From positions 2,792,001-2,856,000 of the forward strand of contig NC_045697.1 in assembly GCF_009834535.1 (NCBI RefSeq): a DNA stretch of 64,000 bases, read 5' to 3'. The translations under genes were made by a program, and so were the position numbers. This stretch comes from Camelus ferus. Its lineage: Eukaryota. Positions 48,300 through 59,988 of this stretch are shown here, in pieces; position 1 is the first letter of the stretch; every line of letters starts with the position of its first letter. The notes under the pieces are model-generated. The model was given only the letters and a program-made list of their open reading frames with translations, searched no databases and was not told where the DNA came from.

Positions 48300-49272
48300 G
48301 GAAACAGACTGTGCATATATGGGAGCTTGGTTTATAACAAAGGGGGAAAGAATTGCCTGTTTTGGGACAATGATATGCACGTACGTCCAGATGGGAAGAA
48401 TGGAACGTGACCTCTCCTTTGCACCACACACAAAAGTCAGTTCCAGTTGGATCCCCTATTGAAATGTAAAATGTAAAATAATGAAGCTTCAGGAAGCTAA
48501 CAGGAAGGTAAGGGACTCTGAGGTAGGAAGATAATTTCTAAATCAGACATAAGAAACACTAGCTTTGCAGGCAAAGACTGGTAAACAGAGCTATTAAAAC
48601 AGACGCATCCGGCGGGTGGACATAGCTCAGGGTAGAGCGCGCGCTTAGCACGCAGAGGGTCCTGTGTTCAGTCCCCAGTACCTCTATTAATAACATAGAA
48701 TAGTAATAACATTTTAAAAAAGAGGGAAAAGATGTTTCAACACAAAAAACTTTCAAGAGCTCATTTCTACAGTGCATAAAAGAACTACCAAGCAGTAAGA
48801 AAAAGGCAAGGTGGGAGAGGTCCTGCCCCAGAGAGGGCACCTGAGTGAGCAGCGAGCATTTGCAGAGCCGCTACCTGTGCCCGGAGCCACGGATCTGCAA
48901 GCTCACAGGAGCCTCAAGTTCAAGGCTGACCCCAACAAGCGTTGGTGAGGGTGTGGAGCAATGGGAACTCTCACCACACTGTGGGGAGTACGAGCTAGTA
49001 AAACCACTTTGAAAAGCTTACATTTCTACCAAAATGGGATCTACATACACCCAATGACCTAGCAGTTTCACTTGCAGAAATGTGCCCAGCACAATCCCCT
49101 GCCCAGTAGCCAGAGACGCAGACACAGATGCTCCCATCCACGTGGGGAGCCGCGGCTCGGGCTGGATGCAGCCTGAATGTCCAGCAGGAGACCGGCGTTC
49201 ATGGACTGGCCGCTCTGCGGTGGGGGGCAGTGACCACCGCAGCTGCGCAGCAGTGTGGATGAGCCTCACAAG
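48300..49272 (+). mobile_element. Old L1M ORF2 3' end and 3' UTR fragment, interrupted by a SINE
   Basis: caccacacacaaaagtcagttccag...aatgtaaaa; aacaagcgttggtgagggtgtggagcaatgggaactctca; accactttgaaaa; tggatgagcctcacaa. Confidence 0.7.
48611..48720 (+). mobile_element. Vic-1-type tRNA-derived SINE
   Basis: catagctcagggtagagcgcgcgcttagcacgcagagggtcctgtgttcagtccccagtacctcta, with Pol III A/B-box-like motifs and an AT-rich tail. Confidence 0.78.
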
Positions 49273-49295
49273 CAAGAATGGGGGTGTGGGTCTTG

Positions 49296-49408
49296 GGGGG
49301 AGGGTACAGCTCAGTGGTAAACCACGTGCTTAGCATGCACAGGGTTCGATCCCCAGCACATCCATTAATACATAAATAAGTAAGTAAACCTAATTACTCC
49401 CCTCCAAA
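49296..49408 (+). mobile_element. Vic-1-type tRNA-derived SINE
   Basis: gggggagggtacagctcagtggtaaaccacgtgcttagcatgcacagggttcgatccccagcac...aaataagtaagtaaacctaattactcccc. Confidence 0.85.
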
Positions 49409-50044
49409 TTTCTTTAAAAGAGTGGGGAGAACCTCCTTCGAAATGAGGGGCAGAAGTGGGATGGAGGCCAAGGTGGGTGGGGGTCCATTTCCCCTGGTGG
49501 CTCGCTTGGCCTGGGGTGTCCTTGGAGCTTGGAGAGGGTCCCGGGGTGAGGCTTGGTGATTCCAAGTGGGTAAAGGGACAGCATGTGGCCAGCTCTGTCG
49601 GCATGGACACCTGCAGGGGGGCTTTGTCCTTGGGCGTGGAGAAACTTGTGGCAGCGAGGAAAGTGGGGTCTCCTCTGCCCGACCCCATCGTCTTGTCCCC
49701 TCCTCTCCACATTTCACACCTCTGGGCATCTTGGCATTCCCTGATATGGAATTTGGCGGTCTGGCTTGCGGAAGTGGCAGGCGTGGGCATTCTAGGACTC
49801 AGATGAACTCGGGTTCACAAGCCCCACCTTGCTGGAGTGTGTTCCCTGGCACCTGCCATGCTGCGGGCCCTGGGCTGGCTCTGAGGAAAGGCTGTGATTC
49901 AGAGAAGGGCATGAGCTCCTGGAGCCGTCATTCGGAGGGGGATGCGGTCGGCAGACATCGGAGCAGTGCGGTGGGCCGGATGCAGGAGACAGGGGCCTCC
50001 CTGGGGACCTGGCGTGGCCGGGCGCGGGCATCCTGGCGGCAGTG

Positions 50045-50455
50045 GACGGATGGGATTCCTGTCGCTGCTGCAACAACTCGCCACAAAGGTAATGGCTTAA
50101 AACAGTTCTACTGAGGTTCAGAGTCACTGGCTGAAGTCCTGGTGTGGGCGGGGCTGACTGCTCCGGGGGGCGGCTCCGGGAGAGATCCCACTTCCTCACC
50201 TTTTCCTGAAGCGCCCTCGGTCTTTAGTCCCTTCCTCATGTCCCCCAACCTCTTGCTCCCATGGTCACATCTTCTAGTCTGACTCCCCTGACTCTCTGTA
50301 CTAAGGACCCTGTGATGGCACGGGGGCTCCCCAGACCACCCAGGGTGACCTCCCGTCTCAGACCTTGCACTTGATCACAGCCGCAAGGCCCCCCTGGCCA
50401 CGTAGGTTCTGGGGTCATGACGTGGACAGCTTTGGGGACTTCTTCAGCGCATCAC
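50045..50455 (-). mobile_element. MLT1 (D-like) solo LTR
   Basis: gctgctgcaacaactcgccacaaag...tggcttaaaaca...taaggaccctgtgat...cttgatcacagccgcaagg...aggttctgggg...gacgtggaca. Confidence 0.72.
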
Positions 50456-52565
50456 AGAGGAGGGGATGGTCGGCGGGAAAGAAGCAGGCCTGGGGCAGCC
50501 TGGGGTGGGGGTGGGGCGTCCAGGGACGGGGAGCAGCCTGCACAGAGACGGGGGGGGGGGGCTGGGGAAGCACGTGGAGTGCAGGGAGTTTAGAGCAGAG
50601 CTGGATCCTGCAGGGTGGAGGGTGTGGACTGAGGGCAGGGCAGCGGGGGGACTGCAAGCGGGGGAGGTGAGTGTCCGGCACCTGCGGGGTGGAGGGAGGG
50701 GTGGCTGGAGGCGGGACACCTGTACAGACACAGACTGAGCAGTGCTGGCAGGCTGGTCCCAGCCCAGTCCCCCCAGGCGCCGCTCAGGGCCCCGGGTAAC
50801 AGTGCCAGAGCCCCCACTGTTTCCCTCGCATCTGACCCATTCCAGAATTCCCATCTTTGGTCACCGTGTTCTGGATCCACTAATCCTGGGGGGGCAGGGA
50901 GGAACTCTGGGAGGAAGTTGCCGAGACTCGCAGGTTTTCTGCTCCCAGGAACGGCCCCCCGGTGCTCCGGGTTCAGCCCTATGCACTCAGACAGCGGATG
51001 TTTGTCCTGCTGCAGCTGCGGCCACAGCTGTTTGCTCCAGCCCGGCCTGAGGGGCAGTCAGGAGCCCAGCCCAGCCCCCTGTGGGCCAGCCCTAGCCCAC
51101 GTGTGACCCCATGTCCTTCTCTCTGGGCCTCAGTTTTGGCCTCTGTGCAATGGGTCGCTTGGACACAGGAAGGCGTGAAGCCCCTTCCAGGCCTGTCCTT
51201 CCAGGACTCCCGGTGTTTATGGAGGGACCCGAGGCTGGAAGGGGGGGTCCCTCCCCCATGGGGCTCTGGCTTGTCAGCACCCTGCTTACAGCTTCCAGGA
51301 CATGGAGTGGGGGGTGGGCCAAGAGCCCAGCCTCCAGGGGTTGCGTCAGGAGCCTGGGGGTTACACAACGGCTCAGGCGGCAGCTGGCAGGCTCTGAAAA
51401 AGTTGTTTTTCACCATGAGCGGCTGGAGCAGCGGCGGGAAGGCCAGCTCTTCCCCACTGGGTGTAGTCAGGACAGAGCGGCTGGTGGGGGACAGAGGCCT
51501 TGACCACCACAGAGCCCACTGCCACCATGGCGGGGCCAGCCGGGCGGGCAAGCAGACAGCCCCCAGCACGGGGCGAGGGGCCTGGCTCCCAGTGAGGTGG
51601 CGACCAGGGGCTCCCCTGGATGCAGGCACGTAGAGCCAGGGGCCCCGACAGAGGTCAGCCAGAGAGGGGCCAAGCCGAGACCACAGCCCAGGCCTGGTGG
51701 ACTCCCGAGCTCAGGGACCCCCACATCCCACCTCCCATTTCACCATGGACAACCCGAGGTCATGGAGGGTGGCACAGCCCTGCCACCCAGGGGGCTGGTG
51801 TCAGGGAGGGATTGGATGTGAAGTGACATTATGGGGCACTCTTGGGGCCAGACTATGAGTCAGGAACCTCCCAGGTGACATTTAATTCAGCACTTATTGC
51901 AACAAAGCTGCGTTGGGGACAGATGGGTTTCAGCCCCGCCCCTCTGGGCAGGGGCCCCTCCCCTGCTGGGCCCCGTGTCTGCCCCCTTCCTCTCTCCCCT
52001 CCAAACCCAAGGGGCTCCGGGTGGTGGTGGAGAAGAGGGGACGATGATGGGTTGGCCGTGTTGATGCCCACAGAGGCCATGCTCAGGGAGTCTGGTCCAC
52101 CCCAGCTCCAGACCTCAGGGTGAAGGCGGTTCCATGAAATACCGAGGGGGCTGGTGACCTATCTGGGGCACTGCAAGTACACAAAGACTGGCATCTATGG
52201 GGCGGGTGCCTGGCACTTCCACTGTCTGTCTCTCAAAATCTTAGGCAGGAGGGGCTGTTGGTGTCCCCTCATGCTCCCCTCCACCTCTGAGGTCACCTGC
52301 CACTTCCAGGGACAATTCTGGGCTCACTGTCAGTGCTATCCCCAGTGTCCTGTCTCTGTGACCCTCGGCCAGCGGGTTCCCTCCAGCAAGGTGGGCACTA
52401 GCTCCGCCCCCTCAAATGTGAGAGGGCGGGGTCTGTGGACCAGCACTGCCAGCTTCCCTGCCTCCGGGAAGTGTCTGGGCCCATCTGCACAGTTCCTCAG
52501 GGGATCTCAGCCCCGTTCCCCTCAGCTGCCTGAGCCCACCAGCTCAATACCACAGGCCCCCACTC

Positions 52566-52800
52566 TGTGCTGAGGACTGGATTGTGTCCCCCAGATTCCT
52601 GTGCTGAAGCCCTAGCCCCTGTGATGTATATGATGGTGGTGGTACGTGGAGGTGGGGCTTTTGGGGGTGAGCAGGGTCAGATGACAATGGGGACTTCATG
52701 GTGGGGTGGCTGCCCCTATGAGAAGGGACTGACTCCCCCCCTCCATGTGCTCACACTGCAATCGGGAAGTCAGGAAGCAGCTCTCACCAGGAACCGCAGG
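52566..52800 (+). mobile_element. MLT1A/MST-like LTR fragment
   Basis: ggactggattgtgtcccccagattcctgtgctgaagccctagcccc...ggaggtggggcttttgggggtga...ctctcaccagga. Confidence 0.6.
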
Positions 52801-54509
52801 ACTCCCTTATCTTGGATGCCCTTATCAGTTCCCGCTCAGATACTGGGCCCTGGTCAAGTTCACAGCTCTGCTTTCAGTGCCCTGTTTCCAGCTCACCTTC
52901 TGCCCACACCCCAACACCCCCAGGCTCCTTACTCTTAGGGGGGACCACCTGGCTGCTGAGTAACAAAGGCCAAGCTCTGGGGGCCATTGAGAGTGTGGAA
53001 GGTGGGGACGGGGGCCCTGCCTGGTGGGAGTGAGAGCAGAGACCTCAGAGGGCGGACAGACTTTGGACATTGGGACTGTTCCAGATTGGGGGGCGGTGGG
53101 ATGGTCCAGGGCCTGCTCTGTGGGGATGGTCCAGCCCACTCTGGATGGGAAGGGAGGGATGGGGGGACTGGCTGTGGGTAGCCCTGTGATGTGGGCTGAA
53201 CCAGGCTCTGTGGCTGTGTTCTGGCATTTCCAGAAGACGCTGGCAGTGAAGAGGGCTATAACAGGAGGGTGACACTGTGTGAGGCCAGCTCAGGGCGAAT
53301 GGAAAGGGGGCAGGCCGGCCAGTGGTGGCAGGGACCATGTTGTGGTGGGGGCTGGAATGTCACTCGCAGGGCGGCCTTCGTGCCCGGCCCCTCCTTCCCC
53401 AGTAGCGCCTGGGTGCGGCTGAGGGATGGGGAGTGGTGCTCAGTCCACTTGATAATCTGAGCCCTGGAATTGAGAAACTGGCCTGGTGAACCAGTTCACA
53501 GGGCCCTCATTAAAAAGCCGCCCGTGACAGATTCTGATCCTTTCCTGAGAGTGGGAGCTTTTTTGTCTCACTCCCTCCTTCCCCCCGCCAGCCAGCTGGC
53601 ACACAGTGCACACAGCAGTGCACACCCAGTGTCTTCACGGATCTCCTATGAGCCCCGCCGGGTCCTGAGCAGGGTTCTGGCCACTGCCACGGCCGTCTGA
53701 GGCTGTCTCCTAAAATAAGCCTCATGGCAGGTCATTTAAGTCTGGACCTGTCGAATCTCAGGCTCTCAGAACTTAGTCTGCAGTTCACTCCCTAACCCCC
53801 AACTCCCGAGGGAGAAGGTGCCTGAGGTCACACAGCTGGGGGCAGGCCCGGTTGCTTTGCGAGGGTTGGACCAGGGGACGGCGACCCTTCTGGGCTGGTG
53901 GTCCAGCACTCGGGGCCGGGACCTTCCCTCTCAGCCCCAGTGGGAGCCCCTCACCCTCACCTTGATTCCCCGACCTGCAACCGCAGGGCCACTTCTGATT
54001 TGGCTCTCGGTGTTCAGAGTTCACAGCCCTCGGCGCCGTGCTGGCAGCGCCCCCCGCCCCCCACCTGTGCCTGGGCAGCCTGCCCCATCCTTTTCTGCCT
54101 CATTCCCGATGCTGGGGGTGCTGCGGGGACGGTGATGCAGGGCAGATGCAAGGACAGCTTTATCACGCGGCCTGGCAGGCACACTCCGCAGGCTTAGCGG
54201 GGCTTGCTGCTGCGGGCCAGGTGTCTCTCCGAGTATTCCGCCCGGCTGCCGGGAGGTCGGTGGTCTCGGTGCCCTTCTGCATGGAGGGAGAGGCCACGGC
54301 ATGGGGAGGGGAGGCGTCTTGTCTGGGACCAGGGGGCCAAGGTGAACGGGGAGCCGGGCGGCGGTGCGTGGTGATGCCCTGTGCTCGAGGTGGTTGGTCC
54401 GAGGTCTTCTTGTCTGTTGACGTGTTGGCTCTGGGGCAGGAGAAGCTGTTGGCGTTGGGTGGGCTGCCCCAAACGCCCCTGCTGGGGAGGGACTCTGTGC
54501 TTTGTAAAC

Positions 54510-54515
54510 TTTAAT
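54510..54515 (-). terminator. HTRA3: Probable HTRA3 polyadenylation signal (ATTAAA); 3' UTR about 1 kb
   Basis: Minus strand reads ttgtactgtatgtttctctactgtacggaaATTAAAgtttacaaagc, an AT-rich patch with three upstream UGUA motifs in otherwise GC-rich DNA. Confidence 0.75.
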
Positions 54516-55495
54516 TTCCGTACAGTAGAGAAACATACAGTACAAGCAACATGGGACCGGACTGGACAGCGAAGCTCACGGACCCGCCTAGAAACAGGCT
54601 CCCCGCAGAGAGGAAGCACCTTTCGCCGGCTCCTGGGGTGATGCTGCCAGTCCTTGCTCCACACAGACCAGCACGGGAGGCGAGGCCGGCTCAGTCCTCG
54701 CCACCCTCCCTCTGCGGGTCCCAGTCTCCTCGGCCTACCGCCCCCTGGTCTCCTCTCAGAGGATGAGCTGGCCTTCCGGGGGGGCCAGACACACTCTGCT
54801 CCCTGCCAGCTCCTCTCCCGCCTGGGAAGGCGGACCTTGTCGCCAAGCTCCAGGGCTCAGCTGGGCAGCCAGGGAACATCCCGCGGGGTCGGCTCCGGGC
54901 CAGACCTGCCACACCTGACTCCTCAAGGGGGCAGACGTGGCCCACCCTCCAGGGACTCCAGGCTGACCAGGCAAACAGCCCTGGTCATTCAACGTGGTGG
55001 GCTCTGTGCTACTGGGCGTGGGGGGCCAGGGAGGAGAACCTAGGAGAGGAGGAGGCTGGGGGGCTGAGACCTGAAGAGGCGAGAGTCGGGTGGGAGGAGC
55101 AGAGAGCATTTCAGAGAGAGGTATGGATAGGCGCAAAGACAGGAAGGTGGGAGAGAGGATGGGACTTCGGGGAAGTACAAGAGTTTTCTAGACCCAGGGA
55201 ACTGGGACGGGCCCTCAGGAGCATTTGTTGGGGGTGGGGACATCAGGCTGCCCCAGGGGCCCTGTGACGTGGAAGCCAACGCTCCCTGAAGGCTGAGATG
55301 CGGACCCCCAGCCAAGCCCAGCCTGTGGCTCTGACCCTGGACGGCTGGGAGGAGGCCACTGGCTCTGCTGTGGACCAGCCGCAGTCCCTTGTCCTGATCC
55401 TGCGGGAGGCAGCAGCTCGGGACAGAACCAGTCTGCTGGCACCTGTGCTTGGCCGCAGGCCCTGGAGCTCGGCGATGGAGGGAGGTGGCCCACGT

Positions 55496-55661
55496 TCACA
55501 GGACCACCTCGGGTGCGATGCTGAAGAGAAGGTCATCGTTCCCCCGCCTCACCTCCAGCAGCAGGGGGGACTCAGTCAGGACAGCCTCCTGCAGCTCGCT
55601 CGAGTCCGCCAGAGGGCGCCCGTTGACCTTGACAATGATGTCGCCATCTTGGATGCCCCCT
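55496..55661 (-). CDS. HTRA3: HTRA3 terminal coding exon (probably 9), 166 nt to TGA
   Basis: Minus strand ttggcag|A GGG GGC ATC CAA GAT GGC GAC...GTG GTC CTG TGA. Confidence 0.96.
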
Positions 55662-58535
55662 CTGCCAACAGGGAAGACACGGGGTCACCGCACATCCCTG
55701 CGAGACCCAGGCCCTGGGCACAGTGGGTTTTAACTGCAGCAGGTTAAGAAAAATCACCTCAGCAGGTAAGACCAGGGCCCTGACTGCAAGGTTCTTACAC
55801 CAGATGAAAACCGCGTCCTCCAACAGGCTTGGGCTTTGCGGGGCTACTTCTATGCATCAGAAGGGCTGGGGGCTGCAGGGCTGGATTGCCTTGGGCCAGC
55901 AATCCTGCCCCTTGGAGCCTCACTTTCCACATCTACCATCCTATGTGGAAACATGCTTTGTAAATTACAGCGAGGTCCAGGGAGTTGATTCTAATGTTAC
56001 AACAGCTGCTAAGATCTTCACATGAGCAGCAGAGTGAGCTGGCCAGCCTCCCTTCTGCACCTGACTTGCTGCGACCTTCCCCTTCACCCAGGAGGAGGGC
56101 AGTGGTTAGGCGCATGGGTGACAGAGCCCAGATCCACACGTGTGTGCTGTGTGCCCTCGGAAGAGTGACTTCACTGAGCCTCAGTCTTCCCATCTATGAA
56201 GTGGGGTGAGAGCAGCAGCCCGCACCTCCTGGGCCACAGTGAGGATTAATTGAGACAATGCGTATGGAATGCCCAGCTCATGCGGCATCCTTGGTCCCCA
56301 CCAAGCCCCCTTCTCTGGCTCTTGGGGTGCCCTGCATGTGGTTGTTCTTGGTGACTGCTGTCTGCTGAATCAGTGGGGTACAGCAACCCGGAAAAAAGAG
56401 CTTGAGTTTGGGTGGTTATTTTCTGGCTTTGTGGATCTATATTGCAACAATTTTTGCTGCAGGCTGGCTGCGGGCTGAGCATGCGTGCGGGGCTCATGGT
56501 AGAAGGACACAGAGTCCGTGTCTTCTGACACATCCTCCTGAGCAGCACACAGAACAGGAAGGAAGGGTCCTGTTGGGTTGAAGGGGCCTCGGGGGCTAGT
56601 GCTCTGCTGGGTACTTCGTCTCTCCAGCCTGCCCGCAGCATAGAGGACCAGCCAGAATCCCCCTGGCCACTTCTACCTTGCGTCATGTTGCCAGGAAGTT
56701 CAAGGTCATGCGAGGTCAGTGAAGCAGGCCAGACCCAGGCTCTGTGCCCGCCCACCCGGCCTCCCCGCTTCCTCTGGCGGAGCCTACCTCTGAGAAGGCG
56801 AGTTTGGAACAACCTCCTGCACGTAAATCCCACTGCTGACCGCCGGGAAGTCTGGGTTGCCGGCCTTCAGTTCTTCCACCAAACTGAAAAGGCAGTTCCA
56901 CTGTGAAAGCACATCTTCTGAGCCGCTGAAGTAACTCCCCCTCCATCCCCCCACTGCCCAGGCCAGGCAAGGAGTCTCTCCTGGGCTCCCATACTGCCCT
57001 GTCCTGCCACTGCCCATCCGGGGTTGTCACTGGTTCTTATCTGTGGCCCCCACTCAACACGGGCTCCTCAAGAGAAATCTCCCGTGGAGGGGATGGTCAG
57101 AAGTATGGAGAGGGGAGGCTGACGGATAGATGTGAGGCTGGGTCAGGGGATGGATGGAAAAGGAAGGAAAGGTAGAGGGAGGGACGATCAGGTGGATGGA
57201 TAGATGGATGGATAAATGGACAGATGGAAGGAGGGTGAACAGACAATGGGTGAGTGATGGAGTGGAGAGACGGGGACTGGACAGATGGTGATGGATGGAT
57301 GGAAGGAGAGAAAGAAAGAACCTCTTTAAAGGATAAACTAGTATATTGGTCTTCATTCCAAATTACTTTCAGACTTATTCCCTAGATGAACAGGAAGTAT
57401 GGTCGTTTTAGGGACTGTGTGGGTGGGAGGGTCTGGTGAGCCTTAGTTCTTCCCCCAGAGCAGCGACCTCTTCCCTTTTCAAACCCCTGGACTTGACTTT
57501 GCATTTTCTTCCCTTCTGCTTCCTTTCCTCCCTCCCTCTTCTTCCTCTTCCCCAACCCCTTCTCTATGTCACGCATTCAGTATTTGTAGGCACACACTCT
57601 GGTGTAGACCTGGTACTGAGAGGTGGGGAAGCAGAGGGATGAGCAAGACACAGTCCTTGCTCCCAAGGAGCCCATGGTCAAGGTTGGGGGCGGGCAATGC
57701 TGACGCTGTGGGACCACTGCAAAGCTGGGGAAGGGAGCCCAGCTATGCAAGTGAAGAGGAGGCGCCTTCTCCCACTTGAGTAACCTGGTGAGGCAGAGTA
57801 GTGTCCTCTGCAAAAACTCATGTCCGCCCAGGGCCTCGGACTGTGACTTTGTTTGGAAGTAGGATCTTTGCAGACACAGTTGGTTAAGGATCTGTAGAGG
57901 AGATCAGCCTGACTTAGGGTGGGCCCTAAACCCAATGACTGGTGTTTTTATAAGAGAGCAAAGAGGGAGATTGGACACAGACACATAGAAAGCAGACGCC
58001 ATGTGATGAGAAAGGCAGAGTTTGGAGTGATGCAACTACAACCCAAGAAACACCTGGAACCCCCAGAAGCTGGGAGACACAAGGAAGGGTTCTTCCCTGG
58101 AAGAATCCAGCAGAAGTGCAGCCCTGCTGACACCTTGATTTTGGACTTCTGGCTTCCAGAACTGTGAGAGAATGAATTTCTGTTTTAAGCCACCAAGTTT
58201 GTGGTAATTTGTTATGGCGGCCACAGGAAATTAATCTGGGAGGCTTCCTGGAGGAAGGGCACCTGAATAGAGTCCTGTGGGAGCCCAAGGAGTCTACCAG
58301 ACAAAGTGGGCAAGATTTTCCAGGCAGAGGAACTAGCCTGAGCAGAGGCTCAGAAGGATGAGTGTGTCTGGTCTGCTAGAGCATCCGCCCGTGGCCAGAC
58401 ATGTCCGGGCCAGGGTCTGGGAGGTGGGTGGAGGAGAGGCATGAGATTGGATGGGCGGCAGGGAGCAGCGCCCTTCAGACACCAACCTTGGTGTGATGGT
58501 CCGCATTCGTATGCCGATGAAGCGCTTCTTCCAGT
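55496..58535 (-). CDS. HTRA3: Serine protease HTRA3, long isoform, PDZ-domain exons: complement join(58535-58487,56883-56788,55661-55496). Upstream exons lie beyond the window.
   Basis: Spliced translation (D)WKKRFIGIRMRTITPSLVEELKAGNPDFPAVSSGIYVQEVVPNSPSQRGGIQDGDIIVKVNGRPLADSSELQEAVLTESPLLLEVRRGNDDLLFSIAPEVVL* matches the HTRA3 C-terminus. HTRA3 and ACOX3 are tail-to-tail neighbours in human. Confidence 0.96.
56100..56275 (+). mobile_element. MIR SINE in HTRA3 intron
   Basis: cagtggttagg...gctgtgtgccctcggaagagtgacttcactgagcctcagtcttcccatctatgaagtgggg...gtgaggattaattgagacaatg. Confidence 0.7.
56788..56883 (-). CDS. HTRA3: HTRA3 exon (probably 8), 96 nt
   Basis: Minus strand ttttcag|T TTG GTG GAA GAA...TCT CAG AG|gtaggc; LVEELKAGNPDFPAVSSGIYVQEVVPNSPSQ(R). 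Confidence 0.95.
57085..57320. repeat. Degenerate (GGAT)n / GA-rich simple repeat
   Basis: ggatggatggaaaaggaaggaaagg...ggatggatagatggatggataaatggacagatgg. Confidence 0.85.
57786..58236 (+). mobile_element. MLT1C-like solo LTR, apparently inserted in an L2 fragment
   Basis: tagggtgggccctaaacccaatgactggtg...cagaagctgggag...gccctgctgacaccttgattttggacttctggcttccagaactgtgagagaatgaatttctgttttaagccaccaagtttgtggtaatttgttatggc. Confidence 0.9.
58487..58535 (-). CDS. HTRA3: HTRA3 exon (probably 7), 49 nt
   Basis: Minus strand tttcag|AC TGG AAG AAG CGC TTC ATC GGC ATA CGA ATG CGG ACC ATC ACA CCA AG|gttggt; includes the FIGI PDZ carboxylate-binding loop. Confidence 0.94.
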
Positions 58536-59094
58536 CTGAAACAGAGCATGTCAGGACTCAGAACCACCATGGAGCCCCTGTCCTCCCTGAGCATCCAGTC
58601 AAGGGCAGAATCCCCTTGGCCCCCCACACTGGGAGTAGAAGGCAGCAGGGGTCACTCTGCCTGGGCCAGCCCAGCCTCTGAGTGATCAGGCACATAGAGC
58701 CACCTCCCTCCACTTGGCTGCTCTTGAGGAGCCGAGGGACATCCTGGCTCTAATCTGGTGGCTTCACGCCCACCCTCACCCTCAGGCACCATCCAGTATC
58801 AGCTCTGACATCTGCTCTCTTACTGAGCCCCACAGCCAAACCCCAACGGACAGTGCGGCTCTCCTCTCCAGTCTCCATCCCACAGGCTCCCCAAACTTGC
58901 CTTACTCTGATTGGAGCTCATCACCTTCCCTTGCCTTCTTCATTAATAGTAATACTAATTGGTAATGCCCAGTGAGCACTAACCATGTGGCGGGCACTCT
59001 GGCTGGAGAATTATATACAAAACATGCTAAGGTGTGACCTCTATTCTCCCAGCTGCTCCAGCCTGTGACCTAGCAGGTGTCAGACTCAGAAATG

Positions 59095-59988
59095 ACATTT
59101 ATGTATTCTGAACCATAAACAAGTCTCAGTGTATTTTAATAATTTCATATCATAAAACTATAGTCTCTGACCACAATGGAATTAAACTAGAAATCAAGAA
59201 CAGAAAGATATCTACAAGATTCCCCAAAGCTTAGAAACTAGATGATGCATTTCTAAATAAGCCATCTTCAATGAAGAAATTAAAAGGGCAATTAGAAAGT
59301 ATTTTAAACTGAATAAAACTGAAAATACAACATACCAAACTTTGTGGGATATAGTTACTAAAGAGGAACTTAGAGGGAAATCAATAGCACCAAAGTGCCA
59401 ATATCAGAAAAGAAGAAAGTTCTCAAATCAATAACTTCTGCTTTCTCCTTAAAAACTAGAAAAAGAGGATCAAATGAAACCTCATCTGGGCAGAAGAAAA
59501 GGAACAATGAAGAATAGGAATCAATGACACAGGAAATAAAAACACAACGGAGAAAATAAATGAAGCCCAGAAGCTGATTCTTTGAGATCAATAAAATTTT
59601 TAAGCCTTTAGCCAGACTGATTAGGGAAAAAGTGAGAAAAGATACCAGGAACATGAGGAATCAGAGGGGTGACATCACTACAGATCCCACAGCTATTAAG
59701 AGGATAATGAGAAACTATTATGAACAACTTGATGTCAATAAATTTGACAAATCTGATAAAGTGGACAAATTTCTTGAAATTTCCAGACCTTTAAAGCTCA
59801 CTCAAGAAGAAACAGAAAACCTCAGCAGCCCTATATTTATTAAAGAAATTGAAGTTGTAGTTAAAAATCTTCCCACAAAGAAAGTTCAGGCCCAGGTGGT
59901 CTCACCCGAGAATTACACCTAATGTTTAAGAAGTCATGCCAATTCTACACAAACTTCTCTAGAAAACTGCAAAATGAGTGAGTACTTC
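59095..59988 (+). mobile_element. Old L1 ORF2 remnant, 5' piece, antisense to HTRA3
   Basis: SDHNGIKLEI at 59166 (end of the endonuclease domain); ORF 59632-59922 has the RNQRGDITTDPTAIKRIMRNYYEQL...KFLE...LTQEETENL ORF2 linker; many stops. Confidence 0.92.

Noticed and set aside
47043..49408. Possible tRNA genes
   Set aside because: They have A/B-box-like heads but no complete cloverleaf, and they carry SINE tails, so they are tRNA-derived SINEs.
22376..54400. Long intergenic ORFs (23110-24027, 26568-27443, 31689-32504, 50962-51633 and others)
   Set aside because: They are Pro/Gly/Arg/Ala-rich, overlap in several frames, often start at non-ATG codons and show no recognisable domain, as expected from stop-codon scarcity in GC-rich DNA.
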